Source: an uncultured Chloroflexia bacterium
GTDB lineage: Bacteria > Chloroflexota > UBA6077 > JACCZL01
Length of the DNA: 64,000 nt
Direction of reading: 5' to 3'
NCBI GenBank assembly: GCA_963765765.1
Contig: CAVXYC010000025.1
Coordinates: forward strand, 32,001-96,000
Below the pieces are notes generated by a model. That model ran no database searches and was not told the DNA's origin. It worked only from the letters and a program-made list of their open reading frames with translations. Below, one piece after another: positions 1 through 9,284 of the stretch. Numbering within the stretch: the stretch's first letter is position 1; each line of letters begins with the position of its first letter. The position numbers and the translations under genes were made by a program.

Positions 1-96
1 CTCGAATCCAGTACCGACGCCACTGACTTGAACGGGGTTGTCGACGATATCAAACGGTTGCGGCTGGCGAATTGCTCGTGGCGGGAAGCTTGGCAC
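1..96 (-). CDS. 5' part of a Gmad2 immunoglobulin-like domain protein (runs off window edge)
   Basis: Hand translation from GTG at 96 behind GGAGG gives MPSFPPRAIRQPQPFDIVDNPVQVSGVGTGFE, resembling the Gmad2 N-terminal pattern (P..D.V..P..VSG....FE). Confidence 0.5.
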   Translation of the reverse strand, partial: MPSFPPRAIRQPQPFDIVDNPVQVSGVGTGFE

Positions 97-218
97 AATG
101 ACCTCCGGTGGACGCGCGATGCGCCTACATATGCAGTGGGATGTGCTGCGCTTCTTCCCGTGCATCGTACGCCAACACCCGGGCGTCGGAAATCGGCCAG
201 TTGGCTGATTCGCGAGAT

Positions 219-524
219 CTAATGAGATGCTTCGACCTGGAAGTCGCCCGCGTCGGGATGTGGTTCGCACATGGCGCCGTCGGGGATCCGCTTGGCGCGG
301 CAGTGGAGAATATCGCCGGGCGCCGCTGAGCCGAGAAGGTCGCGTCGCACGCTGAATCCCATCGTCTCGCCCACGTGGGAAGAGAGCAGATCGGCACGAC
401 CTTCCACCGGCGCAGCGGCGTCGATTCGCACGTTCAGGAGGTCATAGTCGCCCAGCGAGGAGTGAGGCGCGCGCGCCAGGATCTCTCCGTCAATCCGCGT
501 GAGATTCTCGATAACCTGAACCAT
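219..524 (-). CDS. Small hypothetical protein (beta-rich, possibly OB-fold-like), last gene of the ATP-grasp cluster
   Basis: 101-aa ORF starting 10 bp after the ATP-grasp stop; protein-like composition. Confidence 0.65.
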   Translation of the reverse strand: MVQVIENLTRIDGEILARAPHSSLGDYDLLNVRIDAAAPVEGRADLLSSHVGETMGFSVRRDLLGSAAPGDILHCRAKRIPDGAMCEPHPDAGDFQVEASH

Positions 525-534
525 CGTACTGCCT

Positions 535-1449
535 TCAGGGCTTCTGCGTGCCGCTCGCGAGGAGCGTGATCAACGCTCGACTGATCGGCAAGCCGGTCTC
601 CCTCTCAAAGTAAGTATAGGCAGGCATGGGATTGACTTCGAAGCACACCCACTGACCCGAAGGACTGCGACGCAGGTCTATCCCGCAGAACGGGAGTCGC
701 AGCCGTTGACTGAGCAGCAGGCAACGATCGGACACATCGAGAGTCAAGTCGATGGGCGATAGATCAGCCGCGTTACCGTGATAATGCGCGTATCGGTAAT
801 CAGTCGCTTCGCTGGTGATAGCGCAGGCAAACACCTGTTTACCGATAACATGAACGCGGACATCTTCGCCCGATACCATCTGCTGGAGCTGGACTGGTAG
901 ATCTCGCAGCCGATCCAGGCGGGCAGCCTGCAATTCATCGAGCTCCGTGACGATCGATCGAACTCCACTGATCGACTTGAAGATAACCCGCTCGTGATCA
1001 CGCCAGAACGCCCGAGCCTCTTCGGGGCTGCTGGTCACAAGTGTCTCGGGTACATCGAATCCCGCTGCACCAATGAGCTGCGCTTGATACGGCTTGGACC
1101 CGTTAGAGTCCATGTCTGACGGGCGGTTGACCACCAGAGTCGGCGCCAGCTCGAGCCATTCGAGAAACAGCTCATGAAAAGTCTCAGAACGCGCGCGAGC
1201 CAGCGTATTCGCGTGGCTCCGCGGGATATCAAGCGGCCGAGCGTAGATTCCGGAGATCGCGTCGAGCTCAACGCTACGACCATCTATCGTAAGCACGCCC
1301 GTTGCGCCATGGTCCGTGACGCTTACGAGCAGGTCCGCGCGGTCCAGTGCGCATTGATCCAGCCAGATCAGATCCTGCTCCAGTTCGCGAGCGGTTTCAA
1401 TGGCCTTTTGCAGGGGCGGATCGTCGCCGCGGCCGTAGAACAGAATCAA
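535..1449 (-). CDS. ATP-grasp ligase, RimK / MvdD (graspetide synthetase)-like
   Basis: Motifs VVNRP..SKPYQ, VPETLVT, IFKSISG, LQQMV..DVRVHV, DYRY, GIDL, FEVNP and TGLPISRAL. Start placed at TTG (LILFYG); the ORF is open upstream to 1641. Confidence 0.9.
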   Translation of the reverse strand: MILFYGRGDDPPLQKAIETARELEQDLIWLDQCALDRADLLVSVTDHGATGVLTIDGRSVELDAISGIYARPLDIPRSHANTLARARSETFHELFLEWLELAPTLVVNRPSDMDSNGSKPYQAQLIGAAGFDVPETLVTSSPEEARAFWRDHERVIFKSISGVRSIVTELDELQAARLDRLRDLPVQLQQMVSGEDVRVHVIGKQVFACAITSEATDYRYAHYHGNAADLSPIDLTLDVSDRCLLLSQRLRLPFCGIDLRRSPSGQWVCFEVNPMPAYTYFERETGLPISRALITLLASGTQKP

Positions 1450-1640
1450 GAGCCGGGCACCTCGGAGGGGTGCCAGCCAGGTGTATGTAGTGATCGCTTC
1501 AGCGCTTTTTGGGCGATAACGAGAAGCGAGCGTGGCGATGCGACGGGCGACATCAGAAGCTGCCCGGTAGCAGCGAGCGGTCGCGGGGCGCATGCCCGTC
1601 TGCAATCTCGGAAAAAGTGCTGAAGCGCCCACTACGAGCA

Positions 1641-2525
1641 TCAGGGCGTCCGCATCTGAGCCGTGCGTGGGGAGGATGGCAATGGAACAGGCGTCTCTTT
1701 AACTGGCACGTGGACGCCGATCCCATTCCAGCCAGCGAGCAAATTCACCACTGCATCCACTGCCCAACTCTCCAGAAGCGGCGGCATCGCATCCACTGCA
1801 CGCACAACGAGACCCGCACTGGATTCGATGAATCGGATTTCGAGCAGGCGGCAGTCCGCCAGACGCGCTAGCGCCAGGCACGGGCCTTCGTAGCGGCCGG
1901 TGAGCGGCCCAACGGCGTGATCACCCGCGATCAGCACACTGCCTGCGCTACGACAGGACTCGTCGACTTGAAGCGCCGCGGGCGCGGGGCCCCGTACGCC
2001 GCCCGGCCATTGAAAACCATCGATGCGCTCGCCGCGTTCTGGTAATGAAAGCATGCGACCGGCGGTTGCGCGTGCGTTATGCGCAACCGGTAAGCCGACG
2101 CTCGCTGCGAGAGATAACCAGCCGCGTTCAGTGAGTGGTCCACGACATTGGCCGCGAGGGCCCGAAGGATTCACTACGCGGGGGCCGAAGCTGAAGAGCC
2201 AGCTCGCTACCAGCGCCTGTAGCTCTGCCCCCGCGTAGTCGCGATCTTTGGCCGTGGCTCGATGGAACCGAGGCACCGGCAAGTACTGCAGTCGATTGAA
2301 GACGCAGCTCACATTTTCCGATGAGACGACGGTTCCGTTAGGCAGCTTGATGTGCGTGCTCGCCTGCCCCGCGGCAGTGACTCGATGGGACCACGCGGCT
2401 AGTCCCAACGATTCGGGTCTGGCGAGAATCACCGACTCGCGGCCACTGTGCTCAGCAAGCCGAGAGGCCACGGCGCTGGCCCCGGCGTCGTGTCCATGGG
2501 CCAGCACCAGAACGGGTCTCGTCAC
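1641..2525 (-). CDS. Degenerate ATP-grasp-like protein (pre-ATP-grasp region retained, catalytic motifs absent)
   Basis: GTG start overlaps the reconstructed protease TGA (GTGA). Contains VFNRL...DRDYAGAELQALVASWL...VVNP...AASVGLPV but no KxxQ or ExN motif. Confidence 0.68.
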   Translation of the reverse strand: MTRPVLVLAHGHDAGASAVASRLAEHSGRESVILARPESLGLAAWSHRVTAAGQASTHIKLPNGTVVSSENVSCVFNRLQYLPVPRFHRATAKDRDYAGAELQALVASWLFSFGPRVVNPSGPRGQCRGPLTERGWLSLAASVGLPVAHNARATAGRMLSLPERGERIDGFQWPGGVRGPAPAALQVDESCRSAGSVLIAGDHAVGPLTGRYEGPCLALARLADCRLLEIRFIESSAGLVVRAVDAMPPLLESWAVDAVVNLLAGWNGIGVHVPVKETPVPLPSSPRTAQMRTP

Positions 2526-4457
2526 GAGCTCGGCGGGGTATCGTACTGACGCTTCGCGTCGCGATCGCCGGTCGGCGATGCGTTCCTGGATCGATTGATC
2601 GCCTCCGTCATAGTCGGGACCACCGGCCAGGTCGGGACGAAGACTGCTATCGATAAACGGCACTCCTGGGGCTCCCAGCCCTAACGCCTCTTCGAGGACT
2701 CGCACGCGCTCCTCGAGCGTGGCAAGTGGATCGGCTCCGCTGCCGTAGCCTGGATCCTGAAATTCACCAGGTCCGGGTTGATCGCTGGACCAGAAGAATC
2801 GCGGCCACTCGCGCGAGTCCTTCCGATCCTTGCTTTCCTTCCAGGGCTCCTTGGAGTCCTTGATGTTGTCTTTCCGATCTTTGGAATCCTTCGTATCTTT
2901 TGTGGCTTCTTTGCGGCTGTCCTTTTGATCCTTGGAATCCTTGGAGTCTTTGCTAGCCTCCTTGCGGCTGTCCTTTTGATCCTTGAGATCCTTCGCTTCT
3001 TTGTTGGGCTCCTTGGTGGCGTCTTTCTGATCCTTGGTGTCTTTGGCCACGGCCTTAGTGGTCACATTGACAGTGGCGGTCATCGTGGCGCCCGACGCGG
3101 AGATGTCAGTGACAGACACATTCGTGACTGCGCCAGCGTAGGAATTGGAGCTCGGTGTAGACGCGCCGGTGAGCGCGGTGACATTAGCGCTTCCCGGGAA
3201 TGGATCGCCTGCGTCGCCGCGATTGCGATCCAGCTCCAGATCGCGCTTTCCATCTGCCTGGACGAGCCCCACCTGGTAATGGTTCTCGTCAGTGTTGCCG
3301 GGCTGGTTTTCATCGATGTGCCAGATCAGCAGGCCGGCGGCTGGAAGCTGGGCGTCGTAGCCGGTTTTCTGACGATTCTCCATGAGGAAATACTCAGAGC
3401 CCGACCCGCCGTTGGTCCACAGTCGGTGCACGGCGTGGCTGTTTTTGACATCCGGGATGCTGATGATCCCATTCGAGGTCACATTTGACACGGTGGCCCA
3501 ACCCTGGTTCACCTTGCACCAGGCTGAAGGGTGCGCAGGAACGTCACCACCGCCATTCCAGGAGCCGCCGCCCATGAGGCACCAGTTTCCGACACCCTCC
3601 GAGGTGTAGTCAGTGTCGTAGAGGTCGGGGAAGCCGAACAGCAGATGACCCAGCTCATGCGCGCAGACGCCGATGCGCGAGTCTTCCGGCACAGTGAGAT
3701 AGGCGAAGATCTTCGTGCCATCCGCGTTGAACGAGCTGGGAAGCGTCCATTTATGCGACCAGATGTCGCCGGAGTTGCCGGTCTGCTCGCCGCCGCTCCC
3801 AGAATGGATCACGATGAAGGCATCAACGTACCCGTTGCCGTCGTTGTCGTACGGACCGAAGTTCACATCGGGGTTGGCTGCCACCGCGGCATCCTTGGCC
3901 ATGATATTCGCGCGCGGCGCGCCCGTGGGCTTGCCGATGCCGAAGTTGTTGTTGGCGTACCAGGCCAGCGTTTGAGGCAGTCGATACGGTCCCTTGACCT
4001 CCCCAACAATGTCCACCAGACCGCCAGTGACCTCTGCGAAGTACTCTTTCACGCTCCCGTGCGGTAACACGCCGTTAGAGAAGAAGAGATCGTTGAAATG
4101 CGCCGCGGTCTCTGTCATCGGTTTGTCCGAGTACTCGGCCAGTACCACGATGACACGCACCGCGCCGCGGAGCGGCGCGCGATCTAGAGCGGCGCGTCTG
4201 ATGACATTCTGGCTGGTGCCCGCGGGATACTCGTCTGGCGGGATGATCACTCCGTCATTAAAGCCCGGCCAACGGGGCTGGCGAGCCAGACCAAACGCCT
4301 GAGCCGATGCCGAGCGCGATCGCGCCCGCTCGAGCTGCGTTTTCATCTGCTGCTTCAGCTCCGGACTCGGAGCGACAGCGCAGAAGTCCGACCAAACCGC
4401 GATGGCCGGTCGGCCAGCTGAGCAGTGTTCTTCCGATGGATGTGAATTGCTCGCCAC
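2522..4457 (-). CDS. M6 family (immune inhibitor A-like) zinc metalloprotease with C-terminal K(D/E)x repeat tail; 1-bp frameshift near 2572
   Basis: HELGHLLFGFPDLY zincin motif, YDNDGNGYVD Ca-loop, IWSH, LMGGGSW, HPSAWCK, YFLMENRQ. GGGGAG RBS before GTG at 4457. The shifted frame ends GDRDAKRQYDTPPSS-stop. Confidence 0.92.
2808..3045 (-). repeat. Coding low-complexity repeat: about 23 K(D/E)x triplets with a 17-aa higher-order unit
   Basis: KDTKDQKDATKEPNKEAKDLKDQKDSRKEASKDSKDSKDQKDSRKEATKDTKDSKDRKDNIKDSKEPWKESKDRKDS. Confidence 0.95.
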
Positions 4458-4598
4458 AGTGATCTCCCCCGATGTCTCTGGCACGCGTCTCTGCGGGTCT
4501 ATCTCTTTTGTGGTCCGGAAAGGTTCATCCCGTGCATGCTACGCTGATGTTATTGCTGTGAAATCAGCCATTTGGGGGAGAATCCGCGGTGAATCTGA

Positions 4599-5096
4599 AT
4601 GAATCGCCCACAACGCATTGAGCCCGGTCCAGGGCAGGAATCCGTCTGGGATTACCCGCGTCCCCCGCGCGTGGAGCCGTCGGCGCGCCGAGTACGCATC
4701 GTCTTCAACGGTCGCGTCATCGTGGATTCGGTACGGGCGCTTCGAGTGCTAGAGACCAGCGGCCCACCCGTCTATTACGTACCGCTGGAGGACGTGGCAA
4801 TGGATCTGCTCGCGCCGTCAGGCCACCAAACCTTTTGCGAATGGAAGGGGCTGGCGGAACACTACTCGCTCCGAGTAAACGGGCGCGAAGCCGTCGATGC
4901 CGCCTGGAGCTACGCATCTCCAACGCGCGGATACGAGCAGATTGGTGGGTATCTCGCCTTCTATCCAGGCCGAGTGGATGAATGCGCACTGGACGGCGAG
5001 CCGGTGGTACCACAGCCTGGCAGCTACTACGGCGGCTGGATAACCCACGACATCGTCGGTCCGTTCAAAGGCGAGCCCGGTAGCGAGCGCTGGTAG
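4599..5096 (+). CDS. DUF427 domain protein
   Basis: ESVWDYPRPP, RVLETS.PP.YY, CEWKG.A, AAWSY, YGGWIT motifs. Confidence 0.9.
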   Translation: MNRPQRIEPGPGQESVWDYPRPPRVEPSARRVRIVFNGRVIVDSVRALRVLETSGPPVYYVPLEDVAMDLLAPSGHQTFCEWKGLAEHYSLRVNGREAVDAAWSYASPTRGYEQIGGYLAFYPGRVDECALDGEPVVPQPGSYYGGWITHDIVGPFKGEPGSERW

Positions 5097-5151
5097 TGTG
5101 AAGCACCCTGCGTCGTATCATGCCGAGCATCCTCGAACTGGAGCAGGCCCG

Positions 5152-6186
5152 ATGCACCGCTTCCGCTGTCAACCATTGAAGTTCGGACACGCAGCGCTTG
5201 GAGCGTTCATGTTGCTCATCGCATCGGTGGCGCCCACCTGGGCACAAGCCGAGGGCGGCCTGCCTGAGGTAAATGGATGGCGTGTTCTGGCACCCCTTCT
5301 TGCGCCAGTCTCCGAGCAGGCGGTTGTAGAGCTGGATGGCCGTATCTACGTCATTGGCGGGTATCCACCGGGCCGTGTTCCCGTGTCAAACGTCCAGATC
5401 TATGATTCGACCACAAATAGATGGCAGATGGGCCCGGCACTGCCAGTAGCAATGCACCACGCGATGGCGGCTGCTGCGGGCGGCCGCGTGTATGTCATTG
5501 GCGGGGAGTTTGAGGGCGCTGGCACCGGCCGGCCTGAGGTATACCTCGATACGGTCTATTCGCTCGACCCACAAGTAGGCGCGTGGGAGACGCATGCGCC
5601 CATGCCAACCGGCCGTAGCGCCGGAGGGGCCGCTGCGGTCGATGGAAAGATCTATGTCGCCGGTGGTCGTCCGCCTCGCGGTAACGATTTCGCGGTGTAC
5701 GACACGGCGACAGATACCTGGCAGGTGCTTCCCGATCTGCCGACGCAACGGAATCACCTGGCTGTGGGTGCCATGGATGGCAAGATCTACGTGGCTGGAG
5801 GCCGCTTCGGCGGCGGTTTCGGCAGCGAGCGCACGGCCACGCTGGAGATCTTCGATCCGTCCACGGCGGCCTGGATTAGCGGACCTTCCCTGCCAGGTCC
5901 ACGCGGCGGCGTGGCTGGCGTGGTGGCCAATGGCTGCCTCTTCGTCATAGGTGGCGAGGGTAATTACGCCGACCCACGCGGCTTGAACGACGAGAACGAG
6001 GCCTTCGACCCGAGAACGGGTGCCTGGATTGCGTTTGCGCCGATGCCCACGCCAACGCATGGTCTGGTGGGCGCTGCTTTCATCGGCGGCGATATTCACA
6101 TTCCCGGTGGCTCCGTCACTATTGGCGGCGGCACCGGCTCGGTGATCCACCAGGTCTACCGACCCTCGGGAGCCTGTGGGGCCTGA
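5152..6186 (+). CDS. Secreted Kelch-repeat beta-propeller protein
   Basis: Hydrophobic N-terminus ending TWA-QA; six repeats of G(R/K)IYVxGG...YD...W. Confidence 0.88.
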   Translation: MHRFRCQPLKFGHAALGAFMLLIASVAPTWAQAEGGLPEVNGWRVLAPLLAPVSEQAVVELDGRIYVIGGYPPGRVPVSNVQIYDSTTNRWQMGPALPVAMHHAMAAAAGGRVYVIGGEFEGAGTGRPEVYLDTVYSLDPQVGAWETHAPMPTGRSAGGAAAVDGKIYVAGGRPPRGNDFAVYDTATDTWQVLPDLPTQRNHLAVGAMDGKIYVAGGRFGGGFGSERTATLEIFDPSTAAWISGPSLPGPRGGVAGVVANGCLFVIGGEGNYADPRGLNDENEAFDPRTGAWIAFAPMPTPTHGLVGAAFIGGDIHIPGGSVTIGGGTGSVIHQVYRPSGACGA

Positions 6187-6263
6187 CGCTCCGCCGCCCT
6201 TCCAAACATGGAATGTCGAATCCGGCACAATGCAGTGATCTGCGCTGCGAGGGATCCCCACCT

Positions 6264-7172
6264 ATGCCAACTATTGCTCTAGGAATTCCTGTCGGTTCGC
6301 CTGACGTTCGACCGGACACACCCATTGCGTTCGGCAAACGGGCCGACGAGGTGGGTGCGCACTCGGTCTGGATGATCGACCACATTCCGTTTCCAAGCCA
6401 TGAGGCGCTCATCGCGCTGGCGGGCATAGCAGGGGCCACTACAAACGTCCGTCTGGGTATGAGCGTGCTCGTGGGGGCGTTGCGACCGCCACTTCTCCTG
6501 GCCAAAATGCTCTCCACTCTGGACAACATCTCAAACGGGCGTGTGATCGCTGGCCTGGGGCTGGGTGGCCGCAAGGACGACTTCGACGCTGTGAGCGTGC
6601 CGTACAAACAGCGCGGCGCCCGACTTGCCGAGGTGATGAAGCTGCTGCGGATGAGCTGGACAGGCGAGCCGGTCAAGTACGACGGTGAATTCTGGCAGTA
6701 CGACGTTCCGCCGATCGGACCAACGCCCATCCAGCAGCCGCTGCCTATTTACCTGGGCGGTAGCGCGGATGCCGCCCTCAAGCGAATCGCCGAATCCGCG
6801 GATGGATACGTGGCCAGCAGCGGCGCGGGGCTACCCGGCTTCACGCGTCGCATTCAGAAGATCCGCGACTACGCTGAAGAGATCGGCCGCGACCCGCGTG
6901 AGATCAAGATCATTGGCGTTGTCTACGGCTGCGTAGACCCAAGCCGCGAGCGTGCCTACGAGCTCGCTGCCACTTACGCCCAACACTACTACGGTCCCGG
7001 CATTCGCGACCTGGACAACAACTATTTCCTCGGTGATGCCTCCGAGGGTGAGCGTTTTGTGGAGGCGTATGTCAACGCTGGCGCGGACATCGTCTGCCTC
7101 AGCAACGTCACCGCGGATCCGCGTAACCTGGACTATCTGTCAGAGCAGCTCTTGCCCCGCGTGATGGACTGA
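6264..7172 (+). CDS. LLM-class flavin-dependent oxidoreductase (luciferase-like)
   Basis: VWMIDH, ATTNVRLG, LAKMLSTLDNISNGR, PIYLGG motifs. Confidence 0.92.
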   Translation: MPTIALGIPVGSPDVRPDTPIAFGKRADEVGAHSVWMIDHIPFPSHEALIALAGIAGATTNVRLGMSVLVGALRPPLLLAKMLSTLDNISNGRVIAGLGLGGRKDDFDAVSVPYKQRGARLAEVMKLLRMSWTGEPVKYDGEFWQYDVPPIGPTPIQQPLPIYLGGSADAALKRIAESADGYVASSGAGLPGFTRRIQKIRDYAEEIGRDPREIKIIGVVYGCVDPSRERAYELAATYAQHYYGPGIRDLDNNYFLGDASEGERFVEAYVNAGADIVCLSNVTADPRNLDYLSEQLLPRVMD

Positions 7173-7173
7173 A

Positions 7174-7192
7174 CCGGGCGCTGCGCGCCCGG
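7174..7192. terminator. GC-rich hairpin between convergent genes
   Basis: CCGGGCGC-TGC-GCGCCCGG directly after the LLM stop; only a weak T tail. Confidence 0.4.
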
Positions 7193-7206
7193 CGGTAGTT
7201 CTTTGC

Positions 7207-7774
7207 TCAGTCGGGCCGCGCCAGTCCGGCCGCCACCGCCCGCTCCCTGATCTCCGGGCTCAGCGGACGCGGCTTTGCCTCAGGACCTGGAACGGGGCGC
7301 TCCTTCACCGCGGGCACTGGATTGGGGTCGGCGTAGGCCACCTCGTTGTCCGGGTCCACCAGCCAGACTGACGGCCTCCAGTGAGATGCCATTCGGATCA
7401 TTGAAGTAGATCGAGTGGATGAATTGATGATCCACGATGCGCGTGACTTCAACACCAGCCGCGGACAGACGGTCACGGAGGTCCAACAGCTCCTCGTAGC
7501 TGGCCACATTGAACGACAGGTGGTCGAACTGCCGGCCGCTGGCCGGCTTCCCGGCGGGCTTCTCCGGCACCCCCGGCTCAACTCCTGACCACTCAAAGAA
7601 CGCGATTGTATTACACGGGCCGATGGAGAAGAAGTAGTGGCGGAATTTCTCTTGACCAATGGTGGCCACCAGCTTGCATCCCAGTACGTCGCGGTAGAAC
7701 CTGGTTGTGGCATCCATGTCGCCCGTAACCAGGGCCAGGTGATTGATCCCACTAAAGGGGCTAATGCGAGACAT
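7207..7774 (-). CDS. VOC/glyoxalase family protein (frameshift near 7370)
   Basis: GINHLAL...FY..VLG, FDHLSF, SIYFNDPNGISLE; C-terminus continues in another frame (YADPNPVPAVKE). Confidence 0.85.
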
Positions 7775-7866
7775 CGCTCCGCGCCTTTCCATGTTGTAAG
7801 TCGGCTATCCAGTCACAGCGTCGCGAGAGGCACCCCGGGCGGGGTTCGGCTCGCGACACCTATGAA

Positions 7867-8760
7867 CTAATTATGCTCTCCTCCCGAGAGGATCGCTTCC
7901 AGCGCAAATTGGTCAGGTACTGGCGGTGGCGGAATCAGCGGAAGCTCGCGAGCCAGATCGAGCGCCGTGTCGACAAACGGCTGCGGGATGGCCGGGCTAT
8001 GGGCCGCGGCGATCGCTGTCAGGCCGAGTGCGCGGACGCGCTCGACGCTCGCCACGTAACGGTCCACGTCCACCATCCTGAGCCATGCCGACACAGCATT
8101 GTGCTCGACCATCGCCATCCCGTCACGCCAGAAGTCGAGGTCCAGGTCCGCGACGGTGGGCACGGGGTCGCCAGGGCACGGTACCGCAAAGCTGTCCACT
8201 GCCCAGTACACGCCCGAGCGGTGATCATAGAGTCCGCGCGTGGTCGGGGAGTCGAAATTCGGCGGGCGAACCGCGGTGAGTCGACGGTTGCCTGCGTCAA
8301 AGCTGTCTCCGTCGTTCACCCATCGCATGCGCTCGAGCGGCAGATTGAACGCATTGCCGATTCGCTCCACCATCGACCAAGTTGTGACCAGCGTGGCGTT
8401 TGGGCACAAGGAAAGCGCCTCGACCAGGTTGCCCGTATGGTCGTGATCGTCGTGCGAGAGATAGATCCAACGCACGTCCTTCGGCTCGACAATCCCGAAC
8501 ACGTCGTTCAGCCACTGGTGACGATTGGCCACTGTTCCGGTATCGACGATGATCGGCTCGTCACCAGCTATGACCAGGGAGTTCAGGTAGATGGACAATG
8601 GCGCGCCCAACGCGTGCGTCACGGAGTGAATGAGATACGTATCGGGTCCAATGTGCTGCGGCGCAACGCGCACGGGCGGCGGGGCGGGCATGAAGTCCTG
8701 CTCGCGAATCAAGGAGGCGAAGTCAATGTCCTGTGTCGGTCGGGCGATTGTCTGGGTCAT
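7867..8760 (-). CDS. MBL-fold protein, FprA/ODP-like di-iron domain
   Basis: IIVDTG, SHDDHDHTGNL, DSPTTRG, DSFA and AHSP motifs. Confidence 0.85.
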   Translation of the reverse strand: MTQTIARPTQDIDFASLIREQDFMPAPPPVRVAPQHIGPDTYLIHSVTHALGAPLSIYLNSLVIAGDEPIIVDTGTVANRHQWLNDVFGIVEPKDVRWIYLSHDDHDHTGNLVEALSLCPNATLVTTWSMVERIGNAFNLPLERMRWVNDGDSFDAGNRRLTAVRPPNFDSPTTRGLYDHRSGVYWAVDSFAVPCPGDPVPTVADLDLDFWRDGMAMVEHNAVSAWLRMVDVDRYVASVERVRALGLTAIAAAHSPAIPQPFVDTALDLARELPLIPPPPVPDQFALEAILSGGEHN

Positions 8761-8774
8761 GGTCGTTCCTTCTA

Positions 8775-9059
8775 TTACGCGGAGAGTGACTCGACGTCGT
8801 CGAGGAGAAAGATGTCGGGCAGCTCGCTCACTCCAGCCTCCTGCATCACCGCGCGGAGGTTCTCGGACAGAGCAAAGCGCTTGGCCAGAGCGAGGTCTTC
8901 CCATTCGAAGAGGGCGACGACCTCGTTGCAGTTCTCAGGGCTGCGAAACAGCCGCCCGCCTTTGGAGCCGCTGGCCTCTCGCGTGGCCGCGTGCTCGTCA
9001 AATAGCCGCTTCCAGCGCTCAAAATCCTTGATCCTGTGGCGGATCAGCAAATATGGCAT
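8775..9059 (-). CDS. Small dimeric alpha-beta barrel (ABM/cyclase-like) protein
   Basis: HRIKDFERWKRLFD...FRSPENCNEV...MQEAGV; AAGGAG RBS. Confidence 0.8.
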   Translation of the reverse strand: MPYLLIRHRIKDFERWKRLFDEHAATREASGSKGGRLFRSPENCNEVVALFEWEDLALAKRFALSENLRAVMQEAGVSELPDIFLLDDVESLSA

Positions 9060-9284
9060 TCCGGCGTCATCTCCTTCCGTTTGCCTTCTTCAAGCAGATT
9101 AGGGCTCAGGCAGCCATGACGACTTCCGAGGAACCACGTAACTTTGAGCAGCCGACATCACGAGCGTTTGGCGGACCAGCTGGCGGAAACCACGTAGTGC
9201 TTTATTTGTAGAAAGCGGTGAGGTACCTCGCCGCTTTTGCGAGCTCCGTGAGGCAGATTGGGAGCCACGTTCCGACCACCGGGA

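Noticed and set aside
2808-3045. Possible CRISPR or other non-coding repeat array
   Set aside because: The repeats are in-frame codon-level units without unique spacers, and no cas genes are present in the window.
2778-3488. Hydrophobic 236-aa plus-strand ORF resembling a membrane protein
   Set aside because: It is the antisense shadow of the K/D/E repeat codons of the protease.
1641-4484. 947-aa protease/ATP-grasp fusion as given in the ORF track
   Set aside because: A 1-bp correction yields a natural stop overlapping a GTG start, so two genes are more parsimonious.
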